From assembly GCF_009834535.1 (NCBI RefSeq), contig NC_045696.1, positions 121,212,001 to 121,276,000 of the forward strand: a DNA stretch of 64,000 nucleotides, given 5' to 3'. Below are positions 26,837 through 39,836 of this stretch, piece after piece (the first letter of the stretch is position 1; the number at the start of each line of letters is the position of its first letter). The stretch is from Camelus ferus (Eukaryota). The notes beneath the pieces are model-generated. The model worked only from the letters and a program-made list of their open reading frames with translations, had not been told where the DNA came from and made no database searches. The translations under genes and the position numbers were made by a program.

Positions 26837-28286
26837 CGAATTACAAAAGCGGTCTTGAGAAAGAGAACAAAGCTAAAGACTTCCTGATCTCAAAATGCAT
26901 TATAAAAGTAATCACAAAAAGACAGATCAAAATGTACCATGGTACTCACTTAAAGACAGATCTATAGGCCAATGGAGCAGGATAGACAGCCCCGAAGTAG
27001 CGATGCATATGTGGTTAACTCATCTTAACAAGGGTGTCAAGAATACATAATGGGGAAAAGGTAAGTCTCTCCAAAAAATGATGCTGGGAAAACTGAATAT
27101 CCACATGCAAAAAAAAAAAAAAAAAAAGAAGAGAAAAAGAAATTGGATCCTGTACGCCATACACAAAAATCCACTCAAACTGGATCAGACTTAAACATAT
27201 GACCTGAACCTGTAAAACTCCTAGAAGAAAACACAGGGGAAATACTCTTGACATTGGTCTTGGCAATGGTTCTTGGATATGATACCAAAAGCACAACCCA
27301 CAAAAGCAAAAATAGTCAAGTGGGACTACATCAACCTCCTACAGGAGCTATAATAAAAGCTCCCACACAGCAGAGGAAACCATCCATAAAATGAAGAGGC
27401 ATCCTATGGAATGCGAGAAAATATTTGCAAACTGTATATCTGACAAGGGATTAATTTCCAAAATACGTAAAGAAATCCTACAACTCCATAACAACCCACC
27501 TAAATAACCTGATTAAAAAAGGGTCAAAGGACCTGAACAGACATTTCTACAAAAAAGATATACAAATGGCCGATGGGTATACGAAAAGATGCTCAATATC
27601 ATTAGTTATCAGGAAATGGAAATCAAAACTACAATGAGATATCACCTCCTATCTGTTAGAATGACACTGTTAAAAAAACACAAAAGATAACAGTTGTTGG
27701 CAAAGATATGGAGAAATTGGAGCCCCTGTACACCATTGGTGGATATGTAGAACAGTGCAGCAGTTACGGAAAACAGTACAGTGTTTCCTCAAAAAATTAA
27801 AGATAGAATGACCGTATGATCCAGCAATCTCATTTTTGGGTATTTATCTAGAGAACTGAAGTCAGGATCTCGAGGAGGTATCTTATTCCCATGTTAACTT
27901 CAGCAGCATGACTCACAATAGCCAAGCTATGAAACCAGTCCAAGTGCAGGACTAAAGAAAGTGTGGAGTAGACATACAATAGAATATGATTTAGCCTTAA
28001 AAGGAAGAAAATCTTGCCATTTGTGATATGGATGGACACGATGGTAACTGAAATAAGCCAGTCACAGAAGGACAACTATCACCCGATTCCACTTTGATGA
28101 GGTCATAGAGGCAGAGAATACAGTGGAGGTTGTCAAGTGCTGAGGGTGGGGGAAACAGGTAGAAGGTTTTAGTTACACAAGATAAGCAAGTCCTAGAGCC
28201 CTGTGTGCAACACTGTGCTCAAGTTAACAACGTGGTGTCGTGCACTGCAAAATCTGTCAAGAGGGTGGATCTCATGTTAAGTATTT
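26837..28286 (+). mobile_element. Old L1 ORF2 3' part plus 3' UTR (L1MA-like)
   Basis: gtcttgagaaagagaacaaagct, tgggactacatcaa, gtatgatccagcaatc, gagggtggatctcatgttaagt. Confidence 0.9.
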
Positions 28287-28293
28287 AAAAAAG

Positions 28294-28416
28294 TTTTTTT
28301 TTTTGGTGAGGGGAGGAGGTAACTAGGTTTGCTTATTTATTTATTCTTTAACAGAGGTGCTGGGGATTGAACCCAGGACCTCGTGCATGCTAAGAACACA
28401 CTCTACCACTGAGCTA
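28294..28416 (-). mobile_element. tRNA-derived SINE (Vic-1-like), 5' end clipped
   Basis: gctggggattgaacccaggacctcgtgcatgctaagaacacactctaccactgagcta. Confidence 0.9.
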
Positions 28417-30494
28417 AAGGAAAAGACTTGCACACGGGGGATCATGGCCACATTTAGTGACTGTAGACACAGGGGGAGGGCCTGGGAGCAGGTGACCCAA
28501 GTTCTAGCCCCTGCTCTGCAGACAGCGTTGTGAGGCTTCAGGAGCGCTTCTCAGTTCTCCGTGCCTCAGCTTCCCTCACTGCAAAATGGGTGTCTGGGGA
28601 ATGAGAACTGGAGGGGGAATGCTCTCTCGGGTCCCATCCACATCCAGAATTCCCTAGTTACATGGCATTGCATCTTTATTCCTTTTCCAACTTTCTGTTT
28701 CAAAGTCTGAGATGATCAAAGTAATAAAATTCTTAATTAACTTAATGCCTGATGAATGGAACACTACTCCCTTTATTTTCCTTTGTTAGGTATCTTTCTA
28801 CCCCCTTGGATGAATAGAAGTCAGTGGTTCACTTTCTCCTGGTGATTCTCACAAGAGCATCATGAGATGGAGGGTCCGTTTTCACAGATAATGATCCTAA
28901 AATTCAATAAAGCAGCTGAAGGTGGCTTATTCCCAAGCACAGAGGTAGCAAGAGTTGACATAGGCTGTGAACCTGGCTTTGCTTTTCCACATCCAGGGCC
29001 CTTTTCATTAAACCACAATGCTTCATTACATACTCACGCCAGGAGCCTTCTCAATGGCAGGATTTTTTTCCCCTTTATTCTTTTTTTCTTTTTTTTAACA
29101 ACCAACTAATTTATGGATGTCTGACCTCTCCCAGGGAAGAATATACTTATATACATTTTTAATGTTCTCTTTGATAATAAGCACTCGAAAATTGCCCAGA
29201 ATGATTAATCCTGGCAGGGTCTTGCTGGGCTCATTTAAAGGTAGAAGTTTAAATGGAGGCCATCAAAATTAGGTGCTAACAGAATCAGCAACGTAGGAAC
29301 CAAACTGTCTTCTCACATCACTTAGTCTAGCCCAGTCTTCCAACTGCAGCTTTTGGGAAATCAGGCAATGTTCCACCATTCTAAGGAGTTTTGGGTAATA
29401 TATGTACAATTATATTTCAGGACATCTATGATTAGGAATTTGGGAGAACTTCATCCATAGTTTAGTACTCGGAATGACTTCTTTTTTGTTAAAATTCAAT
29501 GACAACCCTTAACACAAAATTGGTGTAGTGGTTTACACGGAATTGTAAACATCTATGAAAAGAATACCAAATACATATTTGCTTGTTTGGTGGTTATGAC
29601 ATTGGCACAGACAGGCCTTACCTGCAGAGATTCTGGTTTAGTTTTCTGGGGGAGGGTCCCAAGAATACGACTTGGAAGCAAGCAAGTCACCAGTTTGTCT
29701 GCATGTGGTCTCTGGAAACACTGAGAAACACTGGACAGAAAATCCAGAAGTCCGTGGTTGGTGACTATGACGGCAATAATTAAAATTATCTTCTGGCTTA
29801 CACACTGTGCTCTTCAATTCAGTAAGAAATCTGACCACAGACAGAAAATAGCATTCAAGGGCCATCCTGGCTCCTGAATGATCATTCAGTGCAGTACCGC
29901 CCTGAGCAGGCCAACAAAATCCTAAAAGATTGTGCTCGTGAGAGGTGGACTGAGAGTTCCCTGGGAGGAAGGGTGATGTATGTGAGCTTTATCTGGCCAG
30001 TTCACACACCTCTCCTCTTCTGACGGCACCCTCACCCAGGGACACTCCACAGTGAAGCGTTTCACTCCTGGAAGCTTTTGATGGAAATGTCTGGCTTTGG
30101 GAGGCTTGGTTAGTTCAGATAAGCCTCAGGGGTTCCGAAATGCTCTCATCCAAACCTTTTTAATGTTACACCTGGCTTGCCTTAGGAAGACTGAAAGTCC
30201 CACGGTTGTGGGGTCGGAGTGGAGAGGCGGCTCTGACGGGGACAGATGCCTCAAGCTTTGGGCAAGTGCTCCATCTTCATGACCAGAGTTGCTCTGCGTT
30301 GGCTGGATCTGTACCGCTCTTCTTCCAAATGACAGGTGTTACAGCTACCTGAGAAGCTGACATGCGATCAGGGGACTGATGAGTGGCTGAGCTCGGGAAA
30401 CTTCCTCAGGTGAATTGCAAATGTGGGTACAACCCCTGCTCAGTGAAGATATTTAACAGTACAAGACAGTGCAGTGGGGCACTGTTTCTTTTGT

Positions 30495-30590
30495 ATTCTT
30501 TTTATTGAAGTATAGTCCGTTTACAATGTTGTGTCATTTCTGGTGTCCAGCATCATGCTTCAGTCATACATACACACAGACACTCATTTT
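30495..30590 (-). mobile_element. Short L1 3' end
   Basis: ttattgaagtatagtccgtttacaatgttgtgtcatttctggtgtccagca. Confidence 0.8.
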
Positions 30591-31430
30591 CTTACCGTTC
30601 CTTACATGTGATTTGGCACTGCTATCCCTGAGGAGCTCAGACGAGATGAGTCTCTCTTTCTCTGGTCCCCCGGCCTCTTTTCTGTATCTCTGTCCCTGCA
30701 TGTCTTGTGAGACCTATTCTGGAAGAGTCTGATATCCTTTACAAACAGGAGGCAGAGAAGGTGACTGTGGGTTTTATTTCTTCTATTCAATGGCTTTATT
30801 TCCTTCATTATGAAACCTTCCTTGACTCCCTCCCACATGTCAGGAAACTAGGTATAGCACATACAACGAACAACAAAGGGGCAAGACAGCTGAGTCGGTC
30901 TCTGACTACTAGAAGCTTACAGTCCGGCGGTGAAAACAGACATGACTCATATCTTCTGTTCCGTCAATTTATCTGTTTTTCATACAGCTCGAGTTTGAGC
31001 TACTTCTGTGTGCCAGGTGCTCTGGGGCCAAGTCCTGGAAGGACAGCTCATTTAAGCCTCACAACAGACCTACTAGGCAGGTGCTGAGAACAATAGTTTG
31101 AAAGAAACTGAAGCCCAGGGACATGAGGTAACTTTCCTGAAGTCACTTGGCTAGAAAGTGGTAAAGTTGGGGTTGGAACCTTGGCCTCCTGGGGGAGAGC
31201 CCAGCTTCCCCGTACAGCATATTGTCTACTTACTCATTATTGAATGAATATTAATTATCTGCTGTGTTTTCTGTACCTTTCTGGGCACTGATTACATGAC
31301 AGATGAGACAGGAAGCTATTTCACTGTTTCCATGAAGTCAGTCCACCTCGGCATGCATCAGATCTCAGTGTTCTACAGAACGCCTCAGTCAGATTGAGTC
31401 TCTACAGACAAGTTAGAGATGTAAACTACT

Positions 31431-31952
31431 TATTTTTTTAAATTGAAGTATAGTTGATATACAATGCTGTGCTAGTTTCTGGTGTACAGCACAGTGATTC
31501 ACTTATACATACAAGTGTATTTCTTTTCATATTCTTTGTCATTACAGGCTTTTTCAAGGGTATTAAATATAGTTCCCTGCGCTATACAGTAGGACCCTGT
31601 TGTTCATCTATTTTATATATAGTAGTGTATGTCTGCAAATCCCAAACTCCCAATTTATTCCTTCCCTCTCACTTCCCCCTTTGGTAACCACGGGTTTGTT
31701 TTCCATATCTATAAGTCTGTCTCTGTTTTATAAATAAGTTCATTTGTGTCACTTTTTTTTAGATCTCACATTTAAGTGATATCATATGGTATTTGTCTTT
31801 CTCTGTCTGACATAGAATGATGATCTCCAAGTCCATCCATGTTGCTACAAATGACATTTTTGTATTTTTATGGCTGAGTAGTATGACTTTGTATAAATAT
31901 ACCACATCTTCTTTATCCAGTCATCTGTCAGTGGACACTTGGGCTGCTTCCA
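31431..31952 (-). mobile_element. L1 3' UTR with TSD gtaaacta
   Basis: Reverse L1 3' motifs; gtaaacta at 31421 and 31954. Confidence 0.9.
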
Positions 31953-32779
31953 CGTAAACTATTTTAAACAGGGAATGACATAATCAGATGTAGGGAGATC
32001 ATGGAGGCTTCCAGGTGAAGAATGAATAAAATGGGTGGGGACTGAAGTTGAACGAGGGCCAGAAGAAAACCCATGACATGGGGAAAATTACAGAGGTATT
32101 AAAGAAGTGGCAGCCAAAGGCCTCAATCTCTAAGGAGATGTTGGGGTTGAGGGAGAGGAAGGAGAAGGAGAGCCTGACATAAGCCTGAGCTCCTGGCGTG
32201 GGTGACTCAGGGCACCACTCACCTGAGTGGGACTCACAGGAAGGGACAGGTCGGAGGGTCAAGGGACAGGTTAGTATTTGGCCACGTCAAATGTGGAGTC
32301 CCACACTCCTGATCTCTAATAAGAACCGTGGTTCTCTGGACCCATGACAGGTAATCATTGTTTCTTCCAGAAAAATGCCTGCGTCTCTCTTTCTAAATGA
32401 GCCCTGCTGTGCTGGTTTATTGATTGCTATCATATGATGCCTGGAGGCAACCTCCCGTGGTCCCTGAGGTGGGGAACGTGCTCCAAGACCAGAAAAGAAC
32501 AGATGCATCCATTTGTATGGCTTAATCAGTCTGGAAACCACAAGCTGGCAACGCAGGACTCACTGCCAGCCAGGAGGAAGTCTTGGCACAGCCAGGCAAC
32601 TCAATTGCTGTGCGTTTCTGACATAAGCTCATTTACTTGCTTCTCTCATTTAATTACTGTCTGTGGAACATCCTGGGTGTTCAAGACTTGGAGGTTTTAG
32701 GATGAGGGACCAAAACAGATCCTAAGAACATGGAGAAATGAGCCATTCCTCACCAATCACATAAAATGACTTATGGAAA

Positions 32780-32952
32780 TTTTTTTTTTAATATTATTTT
32801 TTTATTGAAGTATAGTCAGTGTTCGATGTTGTGCCAATTCTGGTGTACAGCTTAGAGTTTCAGTCATCCATATACATACACATAGTCTTTTTCATTATAT
32901 GTCATTATATGATATTGAATATAGTTCCCTGTGCTATACAATAGGACCTTGT
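32780..32952 (-). mobile_element. Short L1 3' end
   Basis: ttattgaagtatagtcag...attgaatatagttccctgtgctatacaataggacc. Confidence 0.85.
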
Positions 32953-34270
32953 AGGAGAACAGCTCCATTGCTGCCATGCCTAAGCCAATTCTGAGTGTTT
33001 AAGCTGGACAACCCTAATAAACTCAGGCGTTCCAGTCAGATGACAAACGACTGTCCAGGACACTCCTGCCTCATCACCAGCACTCGGTGGCCCCAGCTCT
33101 GCGCCAGTGTTCACAGTGTTTCTTTGGGTGCCTGGGCATCTAGCTTATCCTCTGGGCACAATGGGGCCCTGGGTGCTCAGACTTCAGGGACCCTCTCCTT
33201 CGTGCCTCTTGTGGGCAGACATCACGTCTGACCCTGGTCTGGACCTGAGTCCTCATCCAGGAACTGTTGTGTAGACTGACTCCAGCTGCCCTGGAAACCA
33301 AGCTGAGGGTCATCCAATACTACTACTTCTTTTTGTTTTTGTTTGTTTTTGAAATTTCATTCCATTCCTTGTGATGGGGGTCCCTCTGTCACTCCACCTT
33401 TCTATGTAGCCTGATCCACTTCTGGTCAACGAGGGTGAGGGAAAGAGTCTGGGGGTTCTAGGAAGATACAAGAAATCCTAACGACTGTACTAAGTTGTGA
33501 GCCTAAAACTGCTGCTGGTGAACTTGCCTTGCCAAGAAGACTCATTTCTCCTCTTCTAAATGATAATTAGCACAGACAGACCTCTAAGGAGAATGCTCTC
33601 CTGAGAGATGGGAGGACCTGGTTCTGTGAGTCATCCGGGAAGATGTCTTACTCTCTGCATCTGGATGGAGTCAGACACACATTTGTAAGATGGACAAGCA
33701 GAAAGCTGAGATTCTGACAGTGTTAGGCAGGGCCACCGACCAATCTTCTCAGGGTTATTACCCCAGTAATTGAACCTTTCTTCTCATCCCACTTCTATCA
33801 CCAGACAGACCAATAGCTTTATTTGTCTCTGGGGAGACAACACAGAACTTTTCTACCTGGAAGTGTAAACCAATCCATTCACGGATGGGAATGGTCCTCC
33901 GAGAAACAGACTCATCAATAAATACTGTAAAAGCCAGCAAAAGTAGTTGGAACTAATTAGATCTTTTTTTCTGGCTATCACAACAGTCAATGTATCTCCA
34001 GTGGTTTTTGATAAATTGACCCAAGTTTCCATCTAAATTCCATTCTCCACACCAGGGTTATCATTTTGAAGAGCAGAAATCAAAATGTATTAATCCATAG
34101 AGTAGCAAAGCATTTTAAAAGTTCATTTCACAGAGCACCAGTTTTATGAGAGGTTAATAAGATTTTAATAAAAAATTAAAAAGGGCTGAGTCCTCAAATA
34201 GGTTTGGGTTACTCTGAGATAATGGAAGTTAAACAGTTTTCTCCACTGCAGACTTTGAAATGCCAATGTG

Positions 34271-34441
34271 CAGGGCATATTTTTAGGGTGGGACAAATAA
34301 CCGTCAAGGGCACAAAATTTAAGGAAGTACTTGTTCTTAGGGCACCACAAGTGCACGACTGTCACTTACATGAAGCTGGAGTAAGTACTTCCTTAAATCT
34401 TGCACCCAAACTCCTTCTGCCTTTCCCTAGTCCAGGTCCTG
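34271..34441. mobile_element. MER96-like palindromic hAT MITE with 8-bp TSD, nested in an older Charlie-type element (~34090-34530)
   Basis: Ends cagggc.../...gtcctg; internal inverted arms; TSD ccaatgtg (34263-34270) / ctaatgtg (34442-34449). Confidence 0.75.
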
Positions 34442-35207
34442 CTAATGTGCTTTGTGAATAATTTTCCAGATTAGGGCATAATACACAGTACTTTCCAGCT
34501 TGTTTGGTCCAGGAACTTGGGTGTGTATTTGCATACAGGTAAAATTTGTCATGAGATTAATGTCTTGTGAAAAGAAGTTTGAGAGATAGGTTTTTTTTTT
34601 TTTTCACTCATTCAATAAATGTTGTCTTTGATGGCAAGGCACTGGAGGTATGAAGATGAAAAGAAAACAGTCCTTTCCCTTAAAATGTTCAAATCTAGCA
34701 GAGAAAATCAGTCCAAAGACACCAGCATACAACTGAGCAAGCGCCGTGCTGGAGGGGCTTCCGGCGTGGGGTCAGAGTGGACGGCATCGGACCCAGATGG
34801 GAGTCGGAGGAAAGCCAGGGGAGGAGCTGCAGTGGGGCTGAGTTGAGGAGCTGAGTTTTGGAGGACGGATGCACTTAAACTGGAGCGATGGGAGGTGACG
34901 AGTCTGCAGGGTAGAAGGAATCTCAGCAAGTACTGTGTAGACTGAAGTCTGAGAGCCCGCAGCACATGTGGGTCACGCCCGACGGGATGGAGACACACAG
35001 ACCAAGATGCGGAGGAAGATGACTTTCAGGGAAACCAACTGGCTTCAAGAGAAAGGACACCCCGGCAGCGTCACAAGAATGGAGGCCTGAGATCAGGGGC
35101 ACGGTCCCTAGTAGGAACACCCTTCACAGACCCATCTGTGACCAGAGGGCATATGATCCACACACAGCAAGAATCACCAGAACTATGAAGGAGAGTAAAG
35201 TCCTCCT

Positions 35208-35305
35208 CACGTATGTCTGTGTATGACTGGGACATGATGCTGTGCACCAGAAACTGACACATTGTAACTGACACACTGTAACTGACTATACTTCAATTAA
35301 AAAAC
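35208..35305 (+). mobile_element. Very short L1 3' end
   Basis: gtatgactgggacatgatgctgtgcaccagaaactgacacattgtaactg...cttcaattaaaaa; TSD-like aaagtcctc/aaagtcatc. Confidence 0.8.
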
Positions 35306-35319
35306 AAAGTCATCATGCC

Positions 35320-35780
35320 CGAAGGTCTTTGCCCACATCTCAATCCTCGTTCTGTCCCCCCACCCCACCCCCTCCATGTCCCCTCTCATGCTCAGGCTTT
35401 CTTTCTCGTATTCCTTTCTCTACCAGGGTCTTGGCACACACTGTTTACTCTGCCTGGAATGTTTTTTCTCTCCAACTTTCTTCTAGAGAATTCTGCTTAA
35501 ATTTCAGGGTGTCAGCTTAAAGACCCTTTCCTCAGGTATTCAACTGGATCTAGCTCGCTTTAAACGTTCTTCTCTCTCCCATATTTTTCCTTCCCTGCAC
35601 TTGTGGGATTATGTTCTCAAGTAATGATCGAGATCATGATTACCTGATTCATTTCTATCTCCCCCATGAACTGTAAGTCAGGTCCAGGAGAAGCAACCAC
35701 TCTTGTCTCGTTTACCATTTTATTCCCAACAGCTAACACAGAGCTCTGTGCACTCAGGCGCTTGACAGCTACTTGCTGAA
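35320..35780 (+). mobile_element. L2 3' end
   Basis: cacactgtttactctgcctggaatg, tcagcttaaagaccctttcctcagg, actgtaag...cttgctgaa. Confidence 0.65.
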
Positions 35781-36060
35781 AGGTTGTGTGGCAGAGTGGG
35801 GAGCTGTCCAGTGCAGTGCAGTGCTGGATGGGCCACATTTCCCGGCTGACGTGGTTTACAGGGGGATGCCTTTTCTCCACTCTTTCCCCACCCACTGGTT
35901 GAAGTGAAGGACTTGAAGGCTTTGGAAGGTGGTGGGGCTACGAGGTGGACGGGGTCTGGATCCCTGAACTACCATACGGAGAATGTCTAGGGACAGCCTG
36001 TTAGATTTTTCCTTGACCGAGAAATAAACTTCTGTTTTACTAAACCACTAAGAATTCAGT

Positions 36061-36372
36061 TTTACAGAGACAGACTCACAGACATAGAAAACAAACTTAT
36101 GGTTACCAGGGAGCTAAGGGGATAGGGATAAACTGGGAGTTTGACATTTGCAGATACTAACTACTATACATAAAATAGATAAACAGCAAGCTTCTACTGC
36201 ATAGCACAGGGAACTATATTCAATATCTTGCAGTAACCTATAATAAAAAAGAATATGAAAAGGAATATATGTATGTATATGTATGACTGAAACATGATGC
36301 TGTACACCAGAAATTGACACAACATTGTAAACTGACTATACTTCAATTAAAAAATAAATTTAAAACAAAAAA
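36061..36372 (+). mobile_element. L1 3' UTR following an MLT1-like LTR fragment (~35790-36060)
   Basis: cagactcacagacatagaaaacaaacttatggttacc...cttcaattaaaaa. Confidence 0.9.
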
Positions 36373-37029
36373 AGATTTGGTTAAAAAATATGTGTAAATA
36401 ATACATGTAAAAGCATGAATGAAAGATTAAAGGCAGTCCAGGTGTGAACAGAATAGAGCTGGTTCTCTACAGCACATTAACCAAGGATTTTTAACAACAT
36501 TTAGTGAAAAGGAGCTGGGAATGAATAGAAATCTTACTGTTGTCATGTTTGTGTTTGTTCAGATTAACTATATATAGTGAAATGTCTACAGCTTTCACTC
36601 CAGACTGTGAAGTGGATTACTTGCCCCTAATCCAGTTAATTTTAGAGCCCTTGCTGGACTGTTACAAACGAACTCCTGGGCTAGATGGGCAATACTTGGC
36701 TTTTATAGCCAAGATTCTCATGCTCAGAATGAATGAAAATAGGTCAGCATAACCCCTTCAAGAATGCTGTTTTATCAAGGTTTGGTTTTATTTGAGTGTG
36801 AATTACATTATACTAGTGCAGCCCTCCCATTAAACCAACCTCCCTCCCTCCCCTTTTTTCTCTCACTTTACAACTATTTTTTGAGGACTGGCCATGGGCC
36901 AGGTACTGTGTGAGTCTTTGGTGATAAAATGATGGATAAGACAGTCATTGCTCCTGCCAGCAGGGAACTTACAATCCAGCAGGAAAGACAGACAGTTAAT
37001 GAAACGATGACCACGTAGGACAATAAATG

Positions 37030-37818
37030 CCATCTTAAAGGGTGGGAACACTTTGCAGGGCCAGATAGCAGACACTGTCTGTGTGTTCCACGCACGTCAC
37101 ACTGGGTCCCTTCACCACTTTGGAATGCACCTGATACTCCTTCTCTCCCAACACCAGCACCTGTGTCTTTGTTACAGGAGCATCCTCAAGCTGCCAGACT
37201 GTCTTCTCTGTGTGTGGAGTCCTTGAAGTGCTGGGGCAGCCCTTAGTCAGTGACTGACACATGCAGAAGTTGAAATGCTGCCCCTGATAGATTAGTAGTT
37301 TGGGATGAACAGATACACATTACTGTATATAAAAGAGATAAACAACAAGGACCTACTGTGGAGCATAGGGAACGCTATTCAATTTCTTGTAATGAGCCAT
37401 AATGGAAAAGAAAATGAAATATATGTATGTATGTATATATAATATATACACATATATGTATATATTATGTGTGTATATATATATATACATATATATGTAT
37501 GTATGTGTATATAATAATATATACACATACATACATACAACTGAATCACTTTGCTGTACACCTGAAACTAACACTGTAAATCTACTACACTTCAATAAAA
37601 AATAAAAATTAAAAAAAAGGACAACTCTGAGATGTGAATACTCAGATATTCCTAGTGAGATTGAGCCAAAATCCTCACTTTTGAGACTGCTTGATATCCC
37701 ATCTGTGCATTGCCTCCTTCCTTTCTATGGTTCCACCTGCTCACTCCCCAGTCCTGGGAACATGCACACATGAATCCTTGTCTCAGGGCTGGCTTTCTGG
37801 AGGACCCAACCTACGACA
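37030..37818 (+). mobile_element. ERVL LTR (LTR33/LTR16-like) interrupted by an L1 3' end (37288-37618, with TA-rich microsatellite)
   Basis: LTR 3' end aatccttgtctcagggctggctttctggaggacccaacctacgaca; L1 motifs between. Confidence 0.7.
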
Positions 37819-39649
37819 AGCATCTGACCCTGTCCAGAAAGTCGAGAAAGGTTCTTGAAAGATACGCCACTTAAGCTGATGTCTGGTGGGTGGAGTCGGC
37901 CAGGTATACAGGGAGTGGGCGATAAAGAAGGATGTTCTGGGAAGGTGAGCAGCACATCCAAAGCCCCCAACCACCCGTAGAAGCTGTGGTTGGGTACAAA
38001 TCCCTCCTCCTGAATCCACCTTATTTTTCCATTCTGGGAAGTTTTATGGTGAGTTCAGATCTTCCTTAAGCTCTAGGTCAGCGATACAAACATCCCTGTT
38101 TCCTCATGAACAGCATTTATCAGGAGATTTTATTTTTTAACCACGAAACAAAATATGTCTGTCCCTCCTTTATTGATGGATTCATTGTCTGTATCAGTGT
38201 GAATAATGCCTTGGCAAAAATGGGATTGGGATAGCCCATTATGCTTGGGGATATAAATTATCCATTGATGGAGAGGATCCCTGTTCATCAATACTGATGT
38301 GGCTGTGCCATCAGTTTAATAGCTGAACACCAAGGACCATTAAACCGAGCACTGTTTGCCGCACCATTATTTATAACAGTGCCCAAGAGTAACATGTAAT
38401 TAACTCCATGACTGATTGACAAAGCAAACTGCAGGGTAATCAGTCATCTTATATAAACACTTGTCACCAAGCCACACGTGGGATGTGGAGGTTGACTCGT
38501 GATGTTTCATGCCTCCCTGTCTAGACGGCTGCTCTGGGCTGGTTGCCGCACCTTCATGTTAGGTCTCCTCTTGCCGTCCAGCTTGGTCTCGGGGAGGGTG
38601 ACCAGGATGGAGAAACTCTCAGTTCCTCTTCATCTCGGATGGCATTCTCTTTTTAGGTCCCCCTCCACTCATGATTTTGCCTTTGCCCACTAGTCCCTGC
38701 TTTCACTCAGTTTTCCTTCTGCCTTTCCACTTGCCTCTAAAACAAGCAATTTTCACTCTTCTGCAGTGGTTTCCCCTCACTACAGCTGTTTTGTGACCTC
38801 TCTGAGCTGACCAGGAACGACTTCACCACAGGCGAGGGCAGATGAGACCAAGTCAGTGTTCCTCTCATGCTTGGACTGTATGGTAAAATTCACAGTCACT
38901 CAGCAGGGTTAGCCCCTCTGCCTGTGATAAACTCTTTCTTCCATGTGGCCAAGAGGAAGATGGAGGCAACTGATAAGAGTCATTCCAAAGAGAAAAATGG
39001 CTGATGGAAAGGTATACTTCACCCATTACGTGGGTTTCCTCGTGTGAATAGAGGCTCATATGTATAATCTAACCTGCCTGCCTGGAGAAATTGGACCCTG
39101 GGGGTCAGTGGGTCTGCCCCGAAGTGGGGAGACATTATTTCAAGTATCAGTCACAGAAGAAGAGTCAGGTCCTTGGAGTAGCAAGACAGGATTCTCCACC
39201 TCTTTCTCTGCATCCCTTACTTAGGTCTAGACCAGACGGCAAACACCTGGCATAGGCATTACCATTCATTTGCCCCACTACTCCTCGCCCTTATCCTCAT
39301 CCATTGCAGATACCACCAGTCAACCATTACACTTTCCTCACTGATCTTGGACAAAAGCTTAGTCTCCTCCTCAATCCAGGAGGAGGATGTTCTGTGTAGG
39401 AAAGTGAAGCAGTGTAGAAATACTGAGGGTCAGCCTGCCAGGACAGAAGAGAGGACAGAGAGAGAAGGAGAAGCAACATACAGTGATGACATTTGTCCTG
39501 AGTGTGGACTTCCTCCCGGACCCGACACTGGTCAGAAGTACCCAGAGAAACAACACATGCCCTTGTTCCAAACCACGTTACGGGGAAGCTGCCTGGTTCT
39601 CATGGAGATAGCCTTCCTGGGGTCTCCTGAAGCTCACGAAAGTCTGAGC

Positions 39650-39836
39650 TCAGTATTCTCAAACTGTAGTAAACACAAGAATCTTTTGGAAGGCTTGTTA
39701 AAACACAGATTTATGGGCCCCCCTGGCAAAGTCTCTGATTCAGCAGATTTGGGGTTAGGCCTGGGGATGTGCACTTCTAACAAGTCCTCTGGTGATGCTG
39801 GTAGGCTAGTTCTGTGACCATAGCTTGAGAACCACT
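39650..39836. mobile_element. MER5A hAT MITE
   Basis: cagtattctcaaac...gcttgttaaaacacagatt...tctaacaagtcctctggtgatgctg...ttgagaaccact. Confidence 0.85.
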
